64,000 bases of DNA, taken from contig JBFMAF010000008.1 of NCBI GenBank assembly GCA_040755995.1, positions 202,549 to 266,548 on the forward strand, in the 5' to 3' direction. The notes under the pieces are model-generated. The model did not search any database, was not told the DNA's origin, and was given only the letters and a program-made list of their open reading frames with translations. Below are positions 1 to 10,596 of this stretch, piece by piece. A program made the position numbers and the translations under genes. Within the stretch, counting starts at the first letter, position 1; every line of letters starts with the position of its first letter. The DNA comes from Acidobacteriota bacterium. Lineage in GTDB: Bacteria; Acidobacteriota; CAIWXX01.

Positions 1-1400
1 GGCAGATTCAATAGCGCAGCGTCCAGATCCGAGCCTCCGTAGGTCGCCGCAAAACCACCCGGACTTTCGTTCCACGCGCCGGAGAGGATCTCACGACGGA
101 TGTTATCCGCGGCGTCGACATAGAACTGCCGCCGCTCCGGAAGGTGTCGCCCGGCCACCAGCGCCATGCGATCCGCGGCCGCCCAACACATCACGCTGGA
201 GAACGTCTGCGGCCTGGCTTCCCGGCGGTACTCCCATATCCCCGCATCCGGCGTGCCTGCCACGGATATGGCCTTCTGCGCAAGCCTGTCGATGAGCTCC
301 AACATGATCGACGTCTGTTCCGCCCGAAACCGATCGTCCAGAAACACGGGAGCAAGGGCCAGGACCAGCTCTCCGAATATGTCATTCTGCCGCTGCCGCG
401 CGGCAAGATTGCCTATGCGCACGGGCTTCTCGTCAGAATAGCCCGCCCAGCCTTCAAGGACCCTCTCGTCCAAGTCCCCTGTTCCGTCGATCCTGTAAAG
501 CGGGGCCAGATCCAGGTTCGAATTCCCGGCGACTACGTTGAACAGGTACTGTACAAAGCTCTCGCGCTCCTCAAACTGCCCCAGCAGGCGGAACGCACCG
601 AGCACGTGAAATGCATCCCTGAGCCAACAGTATCTGTAGTCCCACGTCCGGCCGCTTCCGGGCGACTCCGGGATCGAAGTGGTGGTGGCCGCGACAATCG
701 CCCCGGTGTCTTCGAAGCAGTGCAGCTTGAGGGCTAGCGCCGAACGGATCACTTCTTCCTGATACAGAGGTGGAACGTCGCAGTGCTTCACCCATCTCTG
801 CCAGTACCGCACGGTCTCGGTCAGAAAGCGATCACAGAGCGCAGGCAGCGATTCCTCGACACTTGCCCCCCACGAGAGCAGGAAATGACGCCGTTCAGTC
901 AGCGCGAACGGCTGGCCGCCCAGATACGAGAGCGGGACGTCGGTCCAAAGTCGAAGAGGATCGGCGAAGTTGTCGTATCGGACGTGGTTGGAGCCCAGCA
1001 CGGCAGAAGGAACGCCGCGGTCCCATCCGCGGCGCGGCTCGCAGTACGCACGTACGCGCGGCATTCCTCCCAACGGCTCCAATATTCGCACGATTTGGGT
1101 GGGGTGAAAGCGCCTTCCATATTGCCCGAAACGGGGCGCAAAATCGATCACGCGAAACGCTCCGTCGCTCGCCCGAAACTCCGTGACCAGAACATTCGTG
1201 TTAGGGAGATACCGTTGCTTCCCACTTTCACCGCCTGCCGGCGCCACGAGGAAACGCCCGCCGTGGCGGGCGTCGAGCAGGGTCGAAAACACCGGCTCGG
1301 AATCGAACCTCGGAAGGCAGCACCAGACTATCTCTCCCGATTGATGCACGAGGGCCGCGAATTGGCAGTTGCCAATGAGACCCAGTTCTTCGAGTCGCAT
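1..1400 (-). CDS. Glycoside hydrolase family 15 (glucoamylase/trehalase-like); runs off the left window edge
   Basis: Absent from the ORF track because it is open at the edge. Manual translation from ATG 1400 gives MRLEELGLIGNCQFAALV...WCCLPRFDS and RSALALKLHCFEDTGAIVAATTTSIPE...WDYRYCWLRDA, typical of GH15. Confidence 0.92.
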   Translation of the reverse strand, partial: MRLEELGLIGNCQFAALVHQSGEIVWCCLPRFDSEPVFSTLLDARHGGRFLVAPAGGESGKQRYLPNTNVLVTEFRASDGAFRVIDFAPRFGQYGRRFHPTQIVRILEPLGGMPRVRAYCEPRRGWDRGVPSAVLGSNHVRYDNFADPLRLWTDVPLSYLGGQPFALTERRHFLLSWGASVEESLPALCDRFLTETVRYWQRWVKHCDVPPLYQEEVIRSALALKLHCFEDTGAIVAATTTSIPESPGSGRTWDYRYCWLRDAFHVLGAFRLLGQFEERESFVQYLFNVVAGNSNLDLAPLYRIDGTGDLDERVLEGWAGYSDEKPVRIGNLAARQRQNDIFGELVLALAPVFLDDRFRAEQTSIMLELIDRLAQKAISVAGTPDAGIWEYRREARPQTFSSVMCWAAADRMALVAGRHLPERRQFYVDAADNIRREILSGAWNESPGGFAATYGGSDLDAALLNL

Positions 1401-1703
1401 CGCTTGAGCTATGTGTTCTTCTGACAAGAGCCGACTCCGGCAGAATGCAGTATGGGACGCGAGCGCGTATCCTGATGGCACTCTCTCTGCATCCGTGGAC
1501 GTGAGTGCATGATCGCCGGCTGCATCACCTCTGACCTCTCGTCCCACACCACCAACTCATTCTAGCCAGCCCAACGGCAAGTTGGAATGGCGATGCCACC
1601 GGACTACGGAACCCGCGGCCATTGACTCGGCGGAACCATCGTCTATCATCAGTACCTTGGGCATGCGGGCACCTGATCGAGGGCGGACTCTGGAGGACAG
1701 GCT

Positions 1704-3965
1704 GTGCGACTGATCTTGCGGTTCATCATGCCGCTGCTTTGCGTGCTCGGCCTTCTCGTCTGGATCGCCTCCGTCCTCGTGAGCGACACATTCCGGAGGT
1801 GGTCGGAGAGGGACATGCGCCTTCGCGCCGACCTGGCGGCGAACAGCGCTCGTGAGGAGTTGCTCCGTTGTTTGCACCAGAACGACTCCTCCGAGATGTC
1901 TCGCGTTCTGGAACAGCTTGTGCGAGACGAGCGGATCATGGGTGCTTCCCTTTGCGGGTGTGATGGACGATTGATTGCAGCCAGCCCGGAGTTTCCAGCT
2001 GGCTACGACTGCAAGTCGGTTGGCGGGCACGTGGTAGTCTCGGGAGGGGTGGCCGGAGATCCGCCGATGCTGGTTCGGTGGACCGAGGTCAAGGACGGCA
2101 GCATCGGCCGGGTGCACGTCAGCGCCATCCCCATCATGGAGAACGAACAGGCAGCGGGGTTCTTGACCATAGTGCAGGACTTGAGCTTTGTGGCGCGTCG
2201 CGAGTCGCAGGTGCGGTTCTTCACGGTGATCGCGTTCACAGTTCTGGCCGTCTCCGCCTCCGTTCTGACCGTGCTGGTCGCGCGGCTGTCACGACGCACC
2301 TGGACGGTGGAAATCAGGCAGATGCTACGCGGCAGGGCTGCTGCGCCTCCCGAGTTCCAGCCGATCATGCGGGACTTCCGCGAGCTCGTGGCGGAGATCT
2401 CGGCGGAAGTTCATGCAGGCGCCCAGGGACGGGTGTGGACGGCCGAGCGGCTGAGGCAGGTGCTCAGGCAGGAGCTTCACGGCGAACGCGTGATCATCCT
2501 CGCAAACCGCCAGCCGTACGTCCATAATCGGGCGAGCGATGGGAAGATCGAAGTGCAGCACCCTGCGAGCGGCCTTGTCACGGCGCTGGAGCCGATCATG
2601 CGAGCATGCTCCGGGGTATGGATCGCTCACGGGAGCGGCTCGGCCGACAGGGAGGTGACCGACAAGAAGGACTGCGTGCGGGTTCCGCCCGGCGAAGAAT
2701 CCTACACACTCCGTCGTGTGTGGCTTACGCCCGAGGAGGAGAAGGGGTACTACTTCGGATTCGCGAACGAGGGCCTTTGGCCCTTGTGCCATCTGGCCCA
2801 CGAGCGCCCTGTTTTCCGCAGGTCTGACTGGGCCTATTACCAGAGCGTGAACCAGAAGTTCGCTGATGCGCTGGCCGAGGAGATCGACAATGACGACTCG
2901 ATCATTCTGGTGCAGGACTATCATTACGCTCTGGCGCCATCCATGATTCGCAAACACGCATCCCGCGCCACCATCCTCACATTCTGGCACATACCCTGGC
3001 CCAACTCGGAGAGATTCGGAATCTGTCCGTGGCAGAGGGAACTGCTTCGCGGTCTCTTGGGGAGCAGCATCCTCGGCTTCCACACGCAGGCGCACTGCAA
3101 CAACTTCATCGATGCGATTGACAGATACCTGGAAGCAAGAATCGATCGCGATCAGCAGGCGGTGATACAGGGAGGGCACAGGACGTTGATCCGGCCGTAC
3201 CCGATATCGATCGAGTGCCCGAGCCGGTGGATTCGCCATGTGCCGCCCGTGGCCCAGTGCCGGGAGGAGGTGATCAGCGAATTCAACCTCCCCCGCAACG
3301 CCCTGATCGGTGTGGGCATCGACCGGCTCGACTACACGAAAGGCATAGAGGAGCGGCTGCTGTCGGTCGAAACCCTTCTCGAGAGATTCCCGCAATTTGC
3401 AGGCCGCTTCACTTTCATCCAAGTCGCAGCGCCCAGCCGCACGGCCATCGAACGATACAAGGCGTATGGGAAGACGATTGAGCAGATGACGGAGGCGATC
3501 AACGCGAAATTCCGGCGTGGCGAGTATCGTCCGGTCATCCTTCTGCGCAGACACCACGAGCCGCCCGATGTGATGCGTTTCTACCGGGCGGCCGACCTGT
3601 GCTACGTGAGCAGCCTGCATGACGGCATGAATCTTGTGGCCAAGGAGTTTGTCTCCGCGCGGGATGATGAGCGGGGGGTGCTGGTGTTGAGCCGGTTCAC
3701 GGGGGCTGCGCGCGAGTTGACCGAGGCTCTCATCGTGAATCCCTACGATATCGAAGAGGCCAGCTCGGGTCTCGCCGCCGCATTGAACATGAGCGAGGAG
3801 GAGCAGAGCGAGCGGATGAGGGCCATGCGGCTGTATCTCACCGAGTTCAATGTGTACAGATGGGCAGGCAGGATGCTGACCGACGCCGCGCGGCTGCGCC
3901 ACAGGCATCGCGTCTCGGATCGCCTCATCCCTCATCTCGGTCCAGGAGAGCTTCCGCTGATATGA
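1704..3965 (+). CDS. otsA: Trehalose-6-phosphate synthase (GT20) with an N-terminal TM-extracytoplasmic-TM extension
   Basis: GT20 motifs [42 protein letters not shown] and DGMNLVAKE. Two hydrophobic segments lie in the first ~200 aa. Confidence 0.93.
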   Translation: MRLILRFIMPLLCVLGLLVWIASVLVSDTFRRWSERDMRLRADLAANSAREELLRCLHQNDSSEMSRVLEQLVRDERIMGASLCGCDGRLIAASPEFPAGYDCKSVGGHVVVSGGVAGDPPMLVRWTEVKDGSIGRVHVSAIPIMENEQAAGFLTIVQDLSFVARRESQVRFFTVIAFTVLAVSASVLTVLVARLSRRTWTVEIRQMLRGRAAAPPEFQPIMRDFRELVAEISAEVHAGAQGRVWTAERLRQVLRQELHGERVIILANRQPYVHNRASDGKIEVQHPASGLVTALEPIMRACSGVWIAHGSGSADREVTDKKDCVRVPPGEESYTLRRVWLTPEEEKGYYFGFANEGLWPLCHLAHERPVFRRSDWAYYQSVNQKFADALAEEIDNDDSIILVQDYHYALAPSMIRKHASRATILTFWHIPWPNSERFGICPWQRELLRGLLGSSILGFHTQAHCNNFIDAIDRYLEARIDRDQQAVIQGGHRTLIRPYPISIECPSRWIRHVPPVAQCREEVISEFNLPRNALIGVGIDRLDYTKGIEERLLSVETLLERFPQFAGRFTFIQVAAPSRTAIERYKAYGKTIEQMTEAINAKFRRGEYRPVILLRRHHEPPDVMRFYRAADLCYVSSLHDGMNLVAKEFVSARDDERGVLVLSRFTGAARELTEALIVNPYDIEEASSGLAAALNMSEEEQSERMRAMRLYLTEFNVYRWAGRMLTDAARLRHRHRVSDRLIPHLGPGELPLI

Positions 3966-4879
3966 TGAACGTTCTCAGCGCCCGCAACCGGCGGCTGATT
4001 GGCGAGTTCGCGAGGCTCAATTCGATGCTGGCGCTCGACTTCGACGGCACACTGGCTCCGATAATGCGGCGTCCCGAGTCCGCTCGAATGCGGCGCCAAA
4101 CCAGGGCACTGCTGCAGAAAGCGGCCGCCCTCTATCCGTGCGCTATCATCTCAGGTCGATCGATCCGAGATCTGAAAACGCGCATCGGCCTGAACGGGGT
4201 GACCTCGATGGTGGGAAACCACGGAGCCGAGTGGGAATGGTCACGCCCGGATTCCCGTGGGATTGCGCGCGCGAAACGGTGGGCGCAGACGCTCGCGCGC
4301 GAGCTGCGCGACTGGCCCGGCGTCGAGATTGAAAACAAGGGGCTCTCATTGGCAGTGCACTACCGCGGTGCCGCGGATCGCGCGCGGGCCGCGCGGGCAA
4401 TCAACAGAGCGGCATCCGGACTCGAGGGAACCCATGCGTTCGCCGGGAAATGCGTCGTGAACATCGTCCCGCGCAATGCGCCGGACAAAGGCACCGCACT
4501 CGAGTCAATGCGCCGAATGCTGAGGTGCGATGCGGCGATCTACATAGGCGACGATACCACCGATGAATCGGCGTTCCGGTGGAAGGAAAGAGGACGGCTA
4601 CTGACGGTCCGGATCGGCAAGAGCCGAAGATCATTCGCCGATTTCTATGTTCGGGACCAGAGGTCCATAGACGCACTGCTGCGGGCGTTGATAAGTGAAC
4701 GAGAGAAGGCGGCCCCGTGCCGGACCTGCGGATTGATCTACTGCTGCGCCAAGGCCAGGATAAAGCTCCGAACCGGCCCCCGGTTAGTAGCGACGAGAGG
4801 AGCGAAGATGCGGGCGAGAATGCCGCCGCGCCGGAGGACGCCGGCCCTCTGGAGCGCGATATCGTCATGCCGGTCCTGA
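3962..4879 (+). CDS. otsB: Trehalose-6-phosphate phosphatase (HAD superfamily)
   Basis: LDFDGTLAPI, ISGR, GNHGAE, ENKG..LAVHYR, DKG and IGDDTTDE. ATG at 3962 overlaps the otsA stop (ATGA). Confidence 0.92.
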   Translation: MMNVLSARNRRLIGEFARLNSMLALDFDGTLAPIMRRPESARMRRQTRALLQKAAALYPCAIISGRSIRDLKTRIGLNGVTSMVGNHGAEWEWSRPDSRGIARAKRWAQTLARELRDWPGVEIENKGLSLAVHYRGAADRARAARAINRAASGLEGTHAFAGKCVVNIVPRNAPDKGTALESMRRMLRCDAAIYIGDDTTDESAFRWKERGRLLTVRIGKSRRSFADFYVRDQRSIDALLRALISEREKAAPCRTCGLIYCCAKARIKLRTGPRLVATRGAKMRARMPPRRRTPALWSAISSCRS

Positions 4880-4949
4880 CCGAGGCCTCGCGCCGACGGA
4901 CCACACCCTGCTGGGCCGGCCCCGAGGGTTCGGAGTCAGGCGCCTCGCA

Positions 4950-6329
4950 TCACACTGCCAGCTCTGATCGAAACGGCTGTACCTTGCCGCTGGCCATGCG
5001 TTCGCCCAGGGCCGGGTCGAGACGTATATCGATCGGCGACATCACGCCGAACAGGGCTGCCAGCCGGCCCGCCAAGGTCTCCGTGTCGACGGAGCCACCC
5101 GGAACCGGGCGTAGCGCCAGGTCGCACGAGCCGTCTGCTCGCTGGACAAATTCGTGCTGGACGATGGGATATTCGCGGATGATTCGCCCGATATCTACGG
5201 GGCAGATCGGCGAGCCGTCGGTGGCTCGGAACATCACAGCCTCGCGCGCCTCCAGATCGAGCAGGCGCGCGGTCACGCGCCCCTCCGCATTTTCTTCGAA
5301 GGACATCCTGGCGAAGTCGCCCGTCCTGTAGCGCAGCAGCGGCAGGTACGGATTACGGCCTCCGGTCACGGTGATCTCGCCGCGCGCGGCCGGATAGCCG
5401 TCGGCGTCCACGACCTCCACGAACACATCGGGAGGAAACACGACCAGGCCGCGGCCCCCGGGATCCGAGCAGGCCACAGGCCCCGTCTCTGTCGTGGAGT
5501 AGTAGTCGATCACGGGGCAACGGAAGTGCGCCTCCAGTCGCGACTTGAGTGAGGAGCCCAGCGCCACAGCAGTCGAGACCATTGCCGCAGGCCGGATGGG
5601 GATCTTCCATCTCATCAGCTCTGCGAACCCCATGGGGTCGCCCGTGAGGAACTGCGGTGCCAGGATCGAGAAGAATCGCCGCGCGTTCTCGACGTCTCGC
5701 CATCCGCGCGGGTGCAAGTTGACCTTCGCAAACCCGGCCTGGTTCCAGACTGAGAACACGTTCGCAAACACCACGGTCGTCGCTTGCGCTCCGACATTGA
5801 AGCACGCCACGCCATCCGGTCCGAAATGAGGCCGTACACCGTGTTGTTCGAGCGCATACTCGATCAACGGATGGTTCTGCGCCATCGTGCGCGGGTGATA
5901 CGGAACGACGATGGCATGTCCCGTCGTGCCCGATGTGTCATATACGATCATTCGCGAGATGTCCTCGTCCCAGGGCACGATATCTTCGATGCGGGTCGCG
6001 ATGTCTTCGCGCGCCATCGTCGGGACGAAGGCCCAGTCCCGCTCGAGGTTCATCCCTTCTGGAATATGCCTGCGAAACATGCGTGCTCGTGAACGCATCG
6101 CGCGCACCCAGTCCAGTATCTGCGGCGACGGCGCGGGCGATCCGCCGGGACGCTGCTCGAAGAGCGCCCTTCGGTACGCTTCCACCAGCGGCAAATCCTC
6201 GACCCTCACCCGGTCGCCCACCACGTAGCTCCAATACGGCGCATCGGGATGCTGCTGGATCGACTTGAGCAGGCCGTAGCCGGCCTCGGTGATCAGCGGG
6301 TTGCGATCGAGCCTGTCCGCCGGAATCAT
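4950..6329 (-). CDS. Phenylacetate-CoA ligase/CapK-like adenylate-forming enzyme
   Basis: ANL-family motifs YDTSGTTG, YYSTTETG and LLRYRTGD, plus a C-terminal SGK. Substrate unknown. Confidence 0.82.
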   Translation of the reverse strand: MIPADRLDRNPLITEAGYGLLKSIQQHPDAPYWSYVVGDRVRVEDLPLVEAYRRALFEQRPGGSPAPSPQILDWVRAMRSRARMFRRHIPEGMNLERDWAFVPTMAREDIATRIEDIVPWDEDISRMIVYDTSGTTGHAIVVPYHPRTMAQNHPLIEYALEQHGVRPHFGPDGVACFNVGAQATTVVFANVFSVWNQAGFAKVNLHPRGWRDVENARRFFSILAPQFLTGDPMGFAELMRWKIPIRPAAMVSTAVALGSSLKSRLEAHFRCPVIDYYSTTETGPVACSDPGGRGLVVFPPDVFVEVVDADGYPAARGEITVTGGRNPYLPLLRYRTGDFARMSFEENAEGRVTARLLDLEAREAVMFRATDGSPICPVDIGRIIREYPIVQHEFVQRADGSCDLALRPVPGGSVDTETLAGRLAALFGVMSPIDIRLDPALGERMASGKVQPFRSELAV

Positions 6330-6424
6330 CCTACTCTCTCCGCGTCTCCGTGTCCCCGCGGCCCCGCGTCCATTTCCTCCATGCTCCTGCGCCGCATTTC
6401 ACGCACCCCTGGGCGTCTCATGCG

Positions 6425-7000
6425 TCATTCCCTGCTGGCTCGCGCGGCGGCCTCGCGTGCAGCCTCTTCCCGCATCTTCTCTCTGAGCTTCCGCGCGCGC
6501 TCGAGCTGGTCGCGCGTCTCGCGGATGACGGCCTCGCGCTCGACGCTGTTGAGCGTCTTCAGCCGGTCGTCCGCCTGTGACTGCGTCTCACCCGCGGGAC
6601 GCAAACCAAGAGCCGCGAGGCAGTGCCGCACAAGCTCCTCGCGTCTATCCGGGTCAGACACGAACTGGTCTGCCGACACGAGCTGTGAGAGCGGGCCGAG
6701 GCCGAGTCTCAGCCATCCGTAGGCATCGGCGGAGAGGGTCCGCGCCTGTTGAAACCACTCGTCATGCAGCAACCACGCACCGACCAATACCAGCCGTAGC
6801 CAGTTCCGCTCCTTGGGCGACCCCTGGAAATGGCGGGACTCGTCCGCGCTGACTGGAGCGCCGCCGAGATCCTGCATCAAGTCGGACACGACCGCATCCA
6901 CATGCACCCCCTCGCCTCCGGTGAGTCGCGGCTCCGACAGGAACTCTGCGGGGCAGATCGAGAGACGATGCGTCAGTTTGTCGAGTGCAGGGCCTTCCAT
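6425..7000 (-). CDS. Hypothetical protein with a C-terminal coiled coil (AAA/vWA operon member)
   Basis: 191-aa ORF co-oriented with its neighbours, with a charged helical C-terminus. Confidence 0.75.
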   Translation of the reverse strand: MEGPALDKLTHRLSICPAEFLSEPRLTGGEGVHVDAVVSDLMQDLGGAPVSADESRHFQGSPKERNWLRLVLVGAWLLHDEWFQQARTLSADAYGWLRLGLGPLSQLVSADQFVSDPDRREELVRHCLAALGLRPAGETQSQADDRLKTLNSVEREAVIRETRDQLERARKLREKMREEAAREAAARASRE

Positions 7001-7026
7001 GGACCTATGATGAGACAGAAGATCTC

Positions 7027-7443
7027 TTACCGGGGCTTCGGGCCAGGACGGGCAATGAAGCGATGCGTGAAGTCCCTGTCCACGGCCAGCGCTTCGCGAA
7101 TGCCCAGCCGCCCCATCACGACGAAGCTAAGGCAATCCACGAAACTGTGGACTTGATCCTTGTGGTGCCTGAAATACTCGAAGGCCATCTGCTCTTCGTC
7201 GGGCGTTGCCCAGTGAATACGTGCTAGCTTCCCGCCATAGATTCGCTCGCCCAGACGCGTAGCCTCTTCGTGCCCCAGCTTGCGCGTGAGTGTAATCGTC
7301 TAGGCAATAACGTGGTTCGTTGTCAGGAGCACATCCGAGAGCCGGGCACCCTTGAAGGCTTCGAACACCTCCAGCACCCGATCGTGGTGCTCATCCCTTT
7401 CCGAGACCAGGGCGAAGAGGAAACCGGTATCAAGGAAGATCAC
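7027..7443 (-). pseudogene. PIN/VapC toxin with an in-frame TAG at codon 48
   Basis: Manual translation from GTG 7443: IFLDTGFLFALV...LLTTNHVIA*TITL...HSFVDCLSFVVMGRLGIREALAVDRDF. TAG is at 7300-7302; the start overlaps the antitoxin stop. Confidence 0.88.
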
Positions 7444-7673
7444 TCGCGCGGTCGCCCGTAAAGGTAATGGTCGTGGTTTTCACTCATGTCGGGTGGAGCG
7501 TCCTTGATGAAGCCGATGAGCTCCTCGGCCGCCCTCCAGCCGGTGGGATCGCTATCGTCCTGCGGCGTAGCCGTGGGAATGAGCACCTCCACCTCGGCGT
7601 GCTCTTCGAGGTGCACAGGCTCCTTGGGCTTGAAGACCCCATGTTCGTGAATCGCCTTGATTGCCGTGGCCAT
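7440..7673 (-). CDS. DUF104/AF2212-like antitoxin
   Basis: MATAIKAIHEHGVFKPKEPVHLEEHAEVEVLI...DMSENHDHYLYG, directly upstream of the PIN gene; GAGGTG precedes the ATG. Confidence 0.8.
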   Translation of the reverse strand: MATAIKAIHEHGVFKPKEPVHLEEHAEVEVLIPTATPQDDSDPTGWRAAEELIGFIKDAPPDMSENHDHYLYGRPRE

Positions 7674-7795
7674 GCCTTCACCTCGTTCACATTCTAACAC
7701 AGGCGGTCTGTATGTTGTTCTCCTGAGCCGCCTCACCGAAATCCGGCGGCATCCTCTTTGCATTCGTGGCCACAGAGGCCGGCTGCTCTGGCGGC

Positions 7796-9562
7796 TCACT
7801 TCCGTGCCTCCGGCACGGATTCATACTTCGCTCGACTGAAGGCGCGGGCGAATGCTACGAGGTCTTCCTGTGTCGCAACCAGGTGGACGTTCCAGCCGAT
7901 CTGGCGCATCCGCGCAATGCCGTCGGCGTAGCAGGACTCCTGCGCCATATGCAGCACGAACGTGGCTCCTCCGCGCGCCGTCTTCGCAGCCTGCTCGGCG
8001 ATCTCCCATCCTGTGCGAACTTCGTCTAGCATGTGGAAGATGTCCGAGTCGGTCACGATCAGGATGTGGGCCGGCCTCGGCAGCTTCTCGCCATCGAGAA
8101 ACGTCTCCTTCAATCGTAGTATTCCGAACGAATAGCCCGTGCCGAGATAGCCGGTGAGCACCTTCATGATCTCGTGGTGGTTGCGCGTGAAGCCGTCGGT
8201 GCTGGAGTGTTCCCCGGGCTCGCCCGAAAGCGTCACCATGACTTTGGCGCCCACCCTGAGAGCCGACAGCGCGATGATCGCGCCTGCAAGCACCGGATAG
8301 GATAGATTGTGCTTGGGATTGAACATCGAGCCCGAGCAGTCGACGCCCAGGTAGAGATCCACCGGCAGGCGCTCGGGCGAGCTCCCCTCGCTGGTCCCAT
8401 AGACTCGCTCGACCGTGGTCACTCCCGGAATCACGTGGGGGCTTTTGGTCAGCGACTCCACCCAGTCAACGTTCTGCAGTGGCGAACCCGCGTCCCAGAC
8501 GTCGACCCCTTCCGGCAGCGGGTCCTGCGCTTCCTTCACCTCGCGCACCGGGAAGCGCACCAGGTGCGGGGTCGCCAGCTCGCGGTAGTACCGGATCACC
8601 ACTTCGTTCTCGCTGAGCTTGACGCCGAGGCTGTCCATGAGCTCCGTGTATTGCTTCGGCGAACGGTACTGGTTCTTCCTCCCGCCCTTCTCCGCCCTCC
8701 CTCCGGCCTGAGGGGAGCTCGAGTCGGATTCCGCTTCCAACCCGCTCAGCTCCGGGTCTTCCGCCGGATGAATCGCTCCATCGATCTCCGACTCGTCGAT
8801 TTCCGCCAACCCGTCCGGGATCGAACCACCCTCACCGGCGCGCTGGGTGTCCAGCCAGGGCGTAAGCACGCCGGCGATCTTCTCCGTCTTCAGCTCCAGC
8901 AAGTACGGCAGCAGCAGGCAGGCGAAGCGCCCGGCGCCGTCGAGCCAGTCCTTCGCATACGCTCGTACGACGCGCGCGCCGAGCTGCGCGTCGCACTGTA
9001 TCTGGCGATCCTCGATCGCATCCACGAGCTCGCCCGAAGGGAGGCTCCAGAGCACCTCGTACATCCGCATGTATAGCTTCCACAGGCGGTCTGCATCCGG
9101 CCGCTTCAGTTTCCTGTATACCTCCTTCATCTTCAGGCCTGCTGTTCGCTGCAGGCGATCGTTGATCAGCAGGTCCGTGTAGAGGTTCGACACGAGCGGC
9201 GCGAAGCTCTCTCGCGTCGGCAGCCCGGCCCGAATGTGTGCCAGCAGACGAGCGTTGTCGCGAAGGTCGGCCGGCGCGAGCACGTGATGGCCGACCTCAT
9301 GCGCCATGATCTCCACCGGGAACGTCTCCAGGCCCAGCTCGCGCACCTGCTTCAAGCTGATGACGATCGCATGATCATCGAGACGGATCATCGCGAACGA
9401 GTCAGTGAGGTGCTCGGCCTTGTCATCCTTCTCGTTCAGACACCAACGGGGCTCGGTCAGCTTGGTGAACGGACTCCACGCGGCGAGCGCCTCCGGCCAC
9501 CGCGCCTGCCAGTCGTCCAGCAGGCCCGCCAGGTCGCCTCCTCCGATCACCGGCCACTTCAC
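7796..9562 (-). CDS. HExxH zincin-like + von Willebrand factor A domain protein
   Basis: AHEVGHH near the N-terminus; MIDAS motif LGVDCSGS and ILIVTDSD in the C-terminal domain. Confidence 0.85.
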   Translation of the reverse strand: MKWPVIGGGDLAGLLDDWQARWPEALAAWSPFTKLTEPRWCLNEKDDKAEHLTDSFAMIRLDDHAIVISLKQVRELGLETFPVEIMAHEVGHHVLAPADLRDNARLLAHIRAGLPTRESFAPLVSNLYTDLLINDRLQRTAGLKMKEVYRKLKRPDADRLWKLYMRMYEVLWSLPSGELVDAIEDRQIQCDAQLGARVVRAYAKDWLDGAGRFACLLLPYLLELKTEKIAGVLTPWLDTQRAGEGGSIPDGLAEIDESEIDGAIHPAEDPELSGLEAESDSSSPQAGGRAEKGGRKNQYRSPKQYTELMDSLGVKLSENEVVIRYYRELATPHLVRFPVREVKEAQDPLPEGVDVWDAGSPLQNVDWVESLTKSPHVIPGVTTVERVYGTSEGSSPERLPVDLYLGVDCSGSMFNPKHNLSYPVLAGAIIALSALRVGAKVMVTLSGEPGEHSSTDGFTRNHHEIMKVLTGYLGTGYSFGILRLKETFLDGEKLPRPAHILIVTDSDIFHMLDEVRTGWEIAEQAAKTARGGATFVLHMAQESCYADGIARMRQIGWNVHLVATQEDLVAFARAFSRAKYESVPEARK

Positions 9563-10596
9563 TTGCCTTCAACCTCGGCAATCAGGAACAGGTGGTGGCT
9601 CCTGGGCAGCGTGACGGCAAGCGTCGCCGCCGTCGAGGCGCTGCTGCTGGATTCGCATAGCTGCTCGAAGCACGCCTTCAGACGCCCCTTGGCCACCGAT
9701 CCATCGGGGGCGATCCGAAGTGCAGGATGGGGATCGGGCCCGATGCCCTTCGGGAGGTCCCGGCCGAAGCGCTGGAACGTCGCCCCGAAGCAATCTGCGT
9801 GAAGCGTCCAGCAGCACTCGCTGTCGAACACGTAGAACTGACCGTCCACGGCGGTGACCTCGGGTGGAGCAATGAATGGTCCGCCGAACCCGCGGAATCC
9901 GCCCGGGCGGGCTACCAGTGCCAGCTTCCGTCCCGCGGGTTTCACAAGGTCTGGGCGGGGCGTCCACCAGGGATCCTGAAGCGCCCGGGCCAGCGATGCC
10001 GCCGGCGCGGATGCTTCGATACCCAGCGCAGCGGACTGGAGGTGCGCGGGCAACTCCTTCCATGTCCTCAGCGCGCTCGCCCGGTAGTGCGCCATCCCGC
10101 TGCACCAGGCCGCCACTTTGCCCGCATCGAGAAACTCCGACGTGCTGGTACACAATGGTGCGATCGCCGTCATCCGATCGATCCAGTCGCGCGGCCGCGC
10201 GCCCGGCTCGTTCGACAGGTTGTACACGGCGTTGGAGATGAGGGCGATCACGAGCCGCGGGTTGTCGGCCACAAACGGCGCTGCGACGGGAAGTAGCCGG
10301 GACCATGCGACGGTCATCATGGGATATCGCGAATTCGATCCGAGGCAGTCGTGACCGAGGAGCTCCAGCGAGCCGTCGTAGAGCGCCGCCGCCACCTCAT
10401 CGGCCTGATCTCCTCGCACACCGGCGCACGCACGCACGATCGGATCGACCAACGATCTCAAGAGCCCCAGGAACTCCTCCGGGTCGAGGCGGCGGTTCAG
10501 GTGTCTCGCCTGGGCGAAGCGCCGGTTGAATTCGGCCCGGTTGCGATCGAGGGCCTCAGCGAACGGGCCTTCGATCCGCTCGCCCTTGCCATCCAC
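9559..10596 (-). CDS. Hypothetical protein (AAA/vWA operon member)
   Basis: 345-aa ORF whose stop overlaps the vWA start by 4 bp; contains a GGFRGFGGPF motif. Confidence 0.78.
   Translation of the reverse strand: MDGKGERIEGPFAEALDRNRAEFNRRFAQARHLNRRLDPEEFLGLLRSLVDPIVRACAGVRGDQADEVAAALYDGSLELLGHDCLGSNSRYPMMTVAWSRLLPVAAPFVADNPRLVIALISNAVYNLSNEPGARPRDWIDRMTAIAPLCTSTSEFLDAGKVAAWCSGMAHYRASALRTWKELPAHLQSAALGIEASAPAASLARALQDPWWTPRPDLVKPAGRKLALVARPGGFRGFGGPFIAPPEVTAVDGQFYVFDSECCWTLHADCFGATFQRFGRDLPKGIGPDPHPALRIAPDGSVAKGRLKACFEQLCESSSSASTAATLAVTLPRSHHLFLIAEVEGK

Noticed and set aside
144..1424. Plus-strand ORFs 144-737, 770-1186 and 783-1424
   Set aside because: They are antisense shadows of the minus-strand GH15 gene, which has clear family motifs.
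2325..3935. Long antisense ORFs (e.g. 2325-3935, 25124-26659, 23533-24837, 32479-33714)
   Set aside because: They mirror well-supported genes, show no motifs, and are expected in high-GC DNA.
7300..7302. TAG in the PIN gene as pyrrolysine or recoded stop
   Set aside because: Many ordinary genes here end in TAG, no pyl genes are seen, and the position needs Glu. A nonsense mutation or sequencing error is simpler.
7685..7790. Integron attC site flanking the TA pair
   Set aside because: GTTAGAA does not fit GTTRRRY, I found no matching palindrome or integrase, and it reads better as a -10 box.
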